From positions 42,780,001 to 42,844,000 of the forward strand of contig OX597834.1 in assembly GCA_951406725.2 (NCBI GenBank): DNA of 64,000 bases. Direction: 5' to 3'. The position numbers were made by a program, and so were the translations under genes. Shown here in pieces: positions 55,171 to 64,000 of the stretch; position 1 is the stretch's first letter, and every line of letters starts with the position of its first letter. Below the pieces are notes generated by a model. The model made no database searches. It saw only the letters and a program-made list of their open reading frames with translations, and was not told where the DNA came from. Source of the DNA: Octopus vulgaris. Its lineage: Eukaryota.

Positions 55171-55749
55171 CTTCATCAGCAAGCTATCAGAGAAGTTTAC
55201 TAGGCACAGCCAGAAGGAAGGCCCCACAATTCTCTACATCAAACTATCTCTCCTCATTTTCTCCCTTCTTCTAAATAGCCCTATCAGCAAAACACCTAAC
55301 TGCTATAATTAACTTTCAAACCAACAATCCTAATCAACTTAACGAATTGGAAGGTGTACTAGAGTGTCGGAAGCAGGGATTTGTGCAATGGCACTGGAAT
55401 CAGTTTGTGCCACTCATCCTCCAAACGTCCATAAAAACGTAGGGAGCAAGGCAGTTAATGGATGGAATAAAAAGAAATTGAACCGGGTCATTTCGTTATT
55501 TGTCTCGCTTCTTTGTGCAGTGAGTTCAAATCCCGCTAAGGCAAGCCTGTATGCTAAACTTAACCTGTCTTCCGATCTAGCAATAACACGTGGCCTCTTT
55601 TTAACTGTGTCCACTTTGTCGCAAGCATTCAGACCACGTTTCCTGTTTTAGAATGCCTTCCCGCCAAGAGTCTCTGAGGCCTTATAAGGGTCATATGCCT
55701 CTTGACTAAGAGATTACAGTCGTACTGTACTATTTATTGTTGTGTTTTC

Positions 55750-56520
55750 AATGCATTTTGTATAGTTTTACGATAAAGTTTTCATCCATTCTATTCTTAA
55801 CTTGATTTGAATATCTGTTGCTGAATAGTATCTCGTTCAGTCTGCGAACTTCTTTGCTCAAGTTTTTTTTTCTTGGAAGACAATACAAATGCTATTTCAA
55901 GTATAAAATTATCTCACAACTGACATTTTGTATCTGCATAGGCTTTTACTGTCTTCATGTAAGTATAGGCATTTATTCATGCCTTCAGTATAGACAGATA
56001 TTATCTCTCTGAAATATTTATATCTAGCAATACAGTCGTTTTATTGGTGGTAGTTTTATTTTTATTGTTTAGATATTGAACTTTTGATAGACATCTGTTT
56101 CCCATGTCTTCATTTAATTTATGAAGTTTTCTAGCTGTCCCTTCCGACTTTCTTCCACTCACCTTAAATATATCGTATGTTCACTATTGGTATATCTTTA
56201 TCTTCTATTGTCTTCGAGTTTAACCAACGAACATAGACTCCCAAGTACACATCGCTCTGTCTCTTTGCTTATATATTTTACCTATGTTGGTCATCTAAAG
56301 ATTAGACTTCACTTGTTGTTTAAGACCAGTATATTAACTACCTGGTGTAATGGACGGTTTCGTTATTGGCTGTGTTTTGTTCATTACTTAAGAAGGCTTC
56401 CATCATTTCTGCTGCTCGAACTCTACTAAGCACTCTTCATACATCAACAGTAAAGACATGTTTGATTTGTCTCTTCTGGGATCTCTGGCAACTTTCCGAT
56501 CGACCTTATTGAGTATATCA
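55750..56520 (-). pseudogene. Highly degenerate PLE reverse transcriptase (RT C-terminus/thumb)
   Basis: Minus strand: LLDINI, SVYTEGMNKCLYLHEDSKSLCRYKMSVV (55912-56000), LSKEVRRLNEILFSNRYSN in PLE order (FLDV; VY.K.T..G.YL...S.CP.RYK.SV; E..R...IL..NGY). Confidence 0.6.
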
Positions 56521-56699
56521 TCAGCATATAGTGTTTGATGATGTTATTTAATTATTGTGTTTTAATGAATATATTTGATAAATTTTGGAGGGTTAAATTA
56601 ATGTAAGGAAGGGCTGGAACACGGCCTTGTACAAAAATTTAAAATCCGAAAGAATTCAAAGACTACATTTTTTAAAATGAACCTAAAAAAATACCAATT

Positions 56700-57200
56700 G
56701 TTTGTCCTCTCTGTGTTTAGTCCCTTGTGGGCAGTAAAAAAATAAGATTCGTTAGCACGCCGGACGAAATGTCCAGCAGTATTTCGTTCGTCTTTTACTT
56801 TACGTTCTAGGTTAAAATGCCGCCGGGGTCGACTTTGCCTTTTATTCTTTTGGTGTCGATAAATCAAATACCAGTTGCGTACTGGGGTCGATGTGATCAA
56901 CTGTCCCCCTCTACACAAAACCCAGGCCTTGTACCTATAGTAGAAAGGATTATTATTATTATTATTATTTTAGCTTCTTTATGAGGCGGTGAGCTGGCAG
57001 AAACGTTAGCACGATGGACAAAATAATTAACAATGTTTCGCTCGTCGTTACGTTCTGAGTTCAAATTCCGCCGAGGTCGACTTTGCCATTCGTCCTTTCA
57101 GGGTTGATAAATTAAGTACCAGTTGAGTACTCGGGTCGATGTAATCGACTTAGCTCCCCCACTACAAATTTCAGACCTTGTGCCTAGAGTAGAATGGATT
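56700..57200 (+). mobile_element. Two SINE family A copies in tandem
   Basis: Bodies at about 56745-56950 (preceded by a tail fragment, ending in ATT repeats) and 56985-57200. Confidence 0.82.
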
Positions 57201-58040
57201 GTATTTGTTTCTTTGTGAAATTTCTTTCGTCACACATCTACTGACCTCTTCAACGAATCTCAGTCCGACTGGTCTCCTCTTGTTCTGCCGATTCTATTTT
57301 TAGCTAATCGTTTTGAAGATGCTTACTTTTTTGAAAGGGAATGGTCATGGCCGAAACGCTTTGATCCTAATCTGCGAAATCGGAACTTCGCCTGAGGATA
57401 GGCTGCAGCAACAAAAGCAACAACAAAAACAACCACCACGATAGCAACAACAACAGCAGCAGGTACAACAACAACAACAGCTGCAGCAACAAAAATTACA
57501 GTTACGGAATATTAAACAAATATGTAAGTCTAAACGGGATCGTGAATGAATTATTAAAAAGTAATTGCTCGGAAAACTAATTTACTGTTGCAGATAGATT
57601 TCAAGGAAATGTTCTAAGAGAATTAGTTCATATCCTGGGAAGTAACACAACCTTACGCATAAGAAATCTATTAAAAGATTGCATACTTTTTCCCTTTTCA
57701 ATTTCCGTTATGTTTTTATCTTCTTTAATTTTAATTTGTATAAACAAACCGTCAAATGAACTGAATGTTTGTTTTCACTAAATTGCTATAATTTGATCAC
57801 AGTTTAAGCTTCTAAGTTCTTTCTAAACGCATATATACGTGTGTATACACAGACCCATTTGTAAGTATACTTCAACATGTATGTATAAATGTGTGGATTT
57901 ATAAATATGAGTGTGTGTATGTGTGTGTGTGTGTGCGCATGTACGGTCCTATGGAAGTGAGCGTGAGTAAATATATATGTATATCTATCCCCACCATTTT
58001 TATGTATATTGACACACCCTCATATATATATTTGTGCATG

Positions 58041-58087
<47 letters not shown>

Positions 58088-58217
58088 CTATCTATCTATC
58101 TATCTATTTATATATGTATGTATTTATGAATATGTATATATGTATACATATATATTTATATATATATACATATATATATACATGTAAATATATGGATATA
58201 TATATATACATATACAC

Positions 58218-58250
<33 letters not shown>

Positions 58251-58305
58251 CATATGTATATATATATATAAATATATATGTATATATATATATAAATATA
58301 AATAT

Positions 58306-58365
<60 letters not shown>

Positions 58366-58379
58366 TTATATATATATAT

Positions 58380-58431
<52 letters not shown>

Positions 58432-59006
58432 TTATATATATACTTATATATATATATATAATAGTTTATGGCTACTATTAAATTTTTATATAAATACCGC
58501 ACCTCAAAGGCTTTGAGTGCTGTATTCGTTTTGGAGATATTCTTGTTACAAAAACAATACATATTCCTATGTATACATATGTATGTGCATTTGCGTGTGG
58601 TAAAAAATTTCGTTTAAAGCACGTTTTTTATTGAAAACACCATTGTATCTTTATTTAATCTGTTTTATCAACGTTCATTTGTTTGTTTTCGAAAATGATC
58701 CCCGACGTTTCTTCAGAGTAAGGCCTTTTTTGCAGTAAAGTTACTTAGGTCGTTTTTAGCGTTTCTTTTGCGTTGATTTCCTTCAGATTCTATTAGGAAC
58801 TTCCATACATTTCGAATTAGGTTTGTCAGCTCTTGAGAAAGAGAGCTGCTTACGCTAAAAATAATTCGTCAAGAAGAAATAACTACAAACAGCTCGAAAC
58901 GTTCGTGGTGGATCTATAGCGTTTATCGTTCCAAATAAACTGTAAAAGACTAAACTGAAAATATGAAGGGGAGAAACCGTGAAATGATTAAGCAAGACCA
59001 TACATA

Positions 59007-59224
59007 TGTGGGAGTGCTGAAAAGTTCCTGGCTTTGGGTTAAAGAAAATAGAGGAGGATCAGTTATTTATAATTTTATTCCACATATTCCTCTCTCAGAT
59101 TCACACACTTATTGCAACGGTCCTTCAGTTTTTCTAAGCTCTGTAGAAGAACTCGGAAGGTTTTAGCTTCCGTACAGGCATTTCGTGATACATTTAAAGC
59201 CAGAAAGTTTTCAGCACCGCCTCA
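59007..59224. mobile_element. Tc1/mariner-type MITE with TA TSD
   Basis: TIRs gtgctgaaaagttcctggcttt / aaagccagaaagttttcagcac; same family as 26906-27129. Confidence 0.85.
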
Positions 59225-59581
59225 TAGTTCTGTATTATATGCATGCATGCGTACATGCATTTCACAACTTCATACTATTTTGCTCAGTTCCAGTTCATTT
59301 CATTTTGGTAAGTGTCATCTGAAACGAACTGGGATTCATCGGCCGATGCTTGGAAGTGAAACAGAAATTCTTAGAAGGAAACTGTGAAAGTTGGTCACGT
59401 CAGTATACATACACACATACATACATGCATGCATGAATACGTACATACATGCATGAATACATACATAGATACATACATACATGCATACATACATAAATAC
59501 ATGCATACCCACACACAAATATATACATACATATTCACATACACACACATTCATACATGCATATGTACACACATACCTATA

Positions 59582-59616
<35 letters not shown>

Positions 59617-59789
59617 CAAATAAGAAAATGGAGTAGAACAATAGTTGGTTCATCAATGCATGGATTAAAATTTTATCATATTTTAAACACCTTTTCTCTA
59701 TCTATAATTCTTTGTTGACTTTACACAGGTCTGTGTTCTATAAACGCTCATAATACACCTTATATATATATTCTTTCATTCTTTTATTC

Positions 59790-60335
59790 TCTTTCTTCTT
59801 TCAGTCATTTGGTTGCGGCCGTACTGGAGCACCTTAAAGGGTTTCAGTCGAAGAAATCGCCCCGAGGTCTTATTCTTTTTAAACCTGGTACTTATTGTAA
59901 TCGCATCTTCTGTCGGACCGGTAAGTTACTGGGACCTAAACACACCAGACTCGGCTGACAAAAGATGGCCAGGGGGACAGACACATAGACACACACACAC
60001 AAACACATGTACATTTCTTTATTGCCCACTGGGGGCTCAACATAAAGGAGAAAAACATAGAAGGACAGACAAAGGGATTAGGTCGATTACATCGACCCCA
60101 GTGTGTAACAGGTACTTAATTTATCGACTCCGAAAGGATGAAAGGCAAAGTCGACCTCGGCGGAATTTGAACTCAGAACGTAGCGGCAGACGAAATACCG
60201 CAAAGCATTTTGCCCGACCTGCTAACGTTTCTGCCAGCTCGCCGCCTTACGAAGTAGAACATCTGTGACCATCACGTCGTTTTGTAGGGACTGAACCTGA
60301 AACCATGAAGTTGGGATGCAAGCGTCTTACCGCAC
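59790..60335 (-). mobile_element. Degenerate SINE B with a SINE A monomer (60014-60248) inserted at its microsatellite core
   Basis: B tail and body 59790-59990, full A copy, then B head remnant gggactgaacctgaaaccatg at about 60290. Confidence 0.75.
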
Positions 60336-61201
60336 CTATATATGTATGTATGGATGGATGGACGGTTGGAGGGGGTGGCTGGATGAATGCCTGCACACGC
60401 ACAACGATCTACCTAATGTGAAACACAGACACACACAGAAGCAAAGTGTGAACGCCGCCACCCTTTCCCACCCCACTCCTCTCAGACACCCACAAAAAAA
60501 TAATACCACACCCAAATACACAAAATACACACTTAATATATATTTATATTTATATTATTCAGTTTTAACTCACTTAAATATACTATCTAAATAAAAAATC
60601 ATCGTATTTTTTTTAATCCCCACTTTTTCATCTTTATAGTATTATCTTGCCATTTTTCTTCTTGTAACTCCTAATACCTCCTACATCTGAAATCCATACT
60701 GTCAATCAATAGAAAATATAGCTTCTATATCCACTTTCTTATACTAAACCTCCATAAATAATAAATACAGTTCCTTGTCTCCCGACTTAACTTTTTATTC
60801 TTTTTCTTACCTCCCAAGGAAAAAGAGCTCTTGTCACTCTTTAGAAGATAAAGCAACGAGATAACTGTTTGGTTGATCAAGTTACGCATATTCCCTTCCA
60901 CCAAGTGTAATGTTTAATGTTGGCGTATATTTATTTATGTACATACCGCTGGGTTTTTGGTGTGTTTTTGAATTATATTTTGCTTCGTCTTATTTTATTT
61001 CGGTTTCTTTTCGGTGTATCTTTTTTGTATATTGATAACATTAATATATATATCTATTTATCAATCTATCCCTTTTGCCATATAAAAATGTAAAAATTAC
61101 ACCCCACCGTACGCACAAACACACATATACATATCTATATCTATATCTATATCTATATCTATCTATCTATATATATATACGTGTATGCATACATATATAT
61201 G

Positions 61202-61239
<38 letters not shown>

Positions 61240-61242
61240 TGT

Positions 61243-61278
<36 letters not shown>

Positions 61279-61298
61279 GTGTGTGTATATATATATAC

Positions 61299-61334
<36 letters not shown>

Positions 61335-61790
61335 AGTGAGAGAGAAAATAAAATGTATGCTTAGCCACTCTCACACACACACACACACACACAGTAAATG
61401 CTCGACACAACACACACACACAGTCAGTGTGTGTGTGTTTTGTGTGTGTATACTATTTACTTGTTCAATCGATCCTAATCTGCCTCAATTTCTTTTCATG
61501 TGTATTTTTTTCTTCATTCTCGGTAGTTTTTCTTTCTTTTGCCTCCACTTTCTTCTGTCTTTCTTTCTTTCTTCGTCTTCCTCTGTTTTTTTCTTCTTTT
61601 TGTCTTCTCTCTCACTTCCCACTATCTCACATCTAACTCTGCTGGTTATCCTTTCTATCATACATTACACATTACGTACTCGAAAGCGTTCGCTCTACTA
61701 TCGCCTCATCTAACTTCATATATTCGTCTGTATTTATTTGACTGTATGTATGTGTACATATATGAATGCATACATACATATATATATATA

Positions 61791-61821
<31 letters not shown>

Positions 61822-61854
61822 GCATATATATGTACACACACATATATATATACG

Positions 61855-61901
<47 letters not shown>

Positions 61902-61918
61902 GTGTGTATATATGTATA

Positions 61919-61969
<51 letters not shown>

Positions 61970-62246
61970 TTATATATATATACATAAATACAATGTTGTA
62001 AAACTTGTCCCTTCTGTGTTGTCTTTTTTCTGTTTTCTTGCTTCATATTACAGAGAGAGAAAGAGAAAGAGAGAGAGAGGGGGGAAGGAAAGAGAGAGAG
62101 AAAAGGGAGAGAGAGAGACAGAGCGAGAGAGAGACAGTGCGAGAGAAGGAGATGTATATAGATAAATAGATCTATCTAGAAAGATATTTATTAGTATCAT
62201 ACGGTTTTTGTTTTACTTCAAACATATCTACTTACATACAGACGCG

Positions 62247-62299
<53 letters not shown>

Positions 62300-62420
62300 A
62301 CACGCACAAATACACACACATACGAAGAACTATTTTTCCGGTTGCTTATATACATCAAAATACGCACACGAATACGTACATTTATTCTTATTAATATTAT
62401 CGTTATTATTATTATTATTA

Positions 62421-62499
<79 letters not shown>

Positions 62500-62942
62500 C
62501 CTGACGTTTTTCAGAAATCTATCAGCTTTATTTTCGGTCATCAAAAGTTTCACTGTTCATTCTACACCACGTGGGAATTCCATAAGAATCCAACTAGCAG
62601 AGCTGTCTTGTTGGTAAACATCAACCAAACTTCCAAACGCATAATTTCGTCTCGGTAAAACTTTGCACGTCTCCGAATTCCTAGAAGTGACACTTCGACT
62701 TAATCCCCCAAGAACATCTGTAATATGATGTCAGCAAAAATACTGAAACAGTTCTTCCCTTGATATTTACCATTTCAGGGCCCGTTTCTGGTCTACGGCT
62801 AAATTTGATGCTACCAAATAGATGATGTCTTTATAATCTTGTCACTTTGACCAACTAGGTAGAGTTTTCTGACATCCGGTAGATGTACATATTACCGCCT
62901 GCTTATCTATCTCTGTGTCTCTGCCTGCTGCCTATCTATCTA

Positions 62943-63020
<78 letters not shown>

Positions 63021-63147
63021 CCTACCTATCTATCTATTTATCTAACAATACACATGTAGAAAGTACACAGAGTTTTTTATGCATAATACGCACACATACA
63101 CCAGTTCACTTATGCAAAGACACGAACACATAGAGACACAGGCACGC

Positions 63148-63218
<71 letters not shown>

Positions 63219-63254
63219 CATTATTATTTCTAAATCTCTCAAAGAGCGATATTC

Positions 63255-63510
63255 AGTAAAGACTATTTGCCAACATAATGTGGCAAATAGGGACGACTGT
63301 TACTGTTCTTTATCCCCAGGAAATATCTTTTTTAGCAGTCTAAATGACAGAATATCTGTGTCCTTATATTTTCGAACAGGGTGTCCATCACCCCAATCCA
63401 GCACAAAGCCCTGTTCGAAGATATAAGGACACATGTTTCCGGGGGTTAAACAACAGTAGCAGTCGTCCCCTCCGGGACAGTCACATTATGTTGGCAAATA
63501 GTCCTTAACT
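63255..63510. repeat. Nested imperfect foldback element between TA-rich tracts
   Basis: gactatttgccaacataatgtg / cacattatgttggcaaatagtc; gggacgactgttactgtt / aacagtagcagtcgtccc; 63357-63381 pairs with 63409-63433. Confidence 0.88.
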
Positions 63511-63522
63511 ATACATATACAT

Positions 63523-63565
<43 letters not shown>

Positions 63566-63569
<4 letters not shown>

Positions 63570-63748
63570 CTTCGAAACGTAGAGTAGATGAAACCATAGC
63601 GACTGAAGAAGGGTTTTTTCTTTGTGTTAATTGTCGTGTACTCTATTTTTTTGTTGTTTAAAAAAATGTCCAGTTCCTTGGGTTTGTGTCTATGTTTTCG
63701 TTTCTCATTGTGTTCGACGTCTGTTTGGTGTCCTGTACTCATATATGC
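63566..63748 (+). mobile_element. Probable PLE tail remnant related to 33186-33370
   Basis: Shared order cgaaac..gag.ag ... actga.gaaggg ... gtcctgt.c.ca.atatgc; TA-rich flanks. Confidence 0.5.
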
Positions 63749-64000
63749 GTGTATATGTACATGTAGAGGTAGGTACGTACATATATGTTTATATATGTGC
63801 ATATGTTTTATTTATTAATATATATATATATATATATATGTTTCTCTGTGTGTGTATGTGCTAGTAATTTGTTATAAAATCAGGCAGTACAAGTTGAATT
63901 TAATCCTACCTATAAAGACAAGGGTTCCCTGAAAAGTGCGAATATCTTCGGTGAATCAGTTATTAAATAAGGAATTAAAAAAAAAAATGAAGAAACAGCT

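Noticed and set aside
58828-58910. UUGAGAA...GAGCUG/CAGCUC-GAAACGUU hammerhead-like motif
   Set aside because: Stem I does not pair and extra bases separate the core from stem II.

Overview
AT-rich, microsatellite-saturated metazoan non-coding DNA (intron or intergenic). The repeat content resembles an octopus genome; this is inferred from recalled SINE sequences, the 5S variant and the (TA)n/(CA)n/(TAGA)n density, and was not searched. I found no convincing host protein-coding gene, and nearly all ORF-track entries are translated microsatellites. The window holds several tRNA-like SINE families, fossils of CR1/L2-group, RTE and R4/Dong-like LINEs, mariner fragments and MITEs, two complete non-autonomous Helitrons, a 5S rRNA pseudogene and Penelope-like element (PLE) debris. 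The most interesting signal is about nine minimal type-I hammerhead-ribozyme (HHR) motifs in short elements, most of whose 3' tails run into (TA)n. Two carry a U3:A8 core, one sits in the loop of a near-perfect 95-bp foldback, and one is nested inside a SINE's internal microsatellite. Other notable items are a SINE/LINE pair sharing a covarying 3' stem-loop, SINE multimers with a fixed 184-bp period, and a pre-miRNA-like hairpin. All calls were made by eye; repeat boundaries are approximate.
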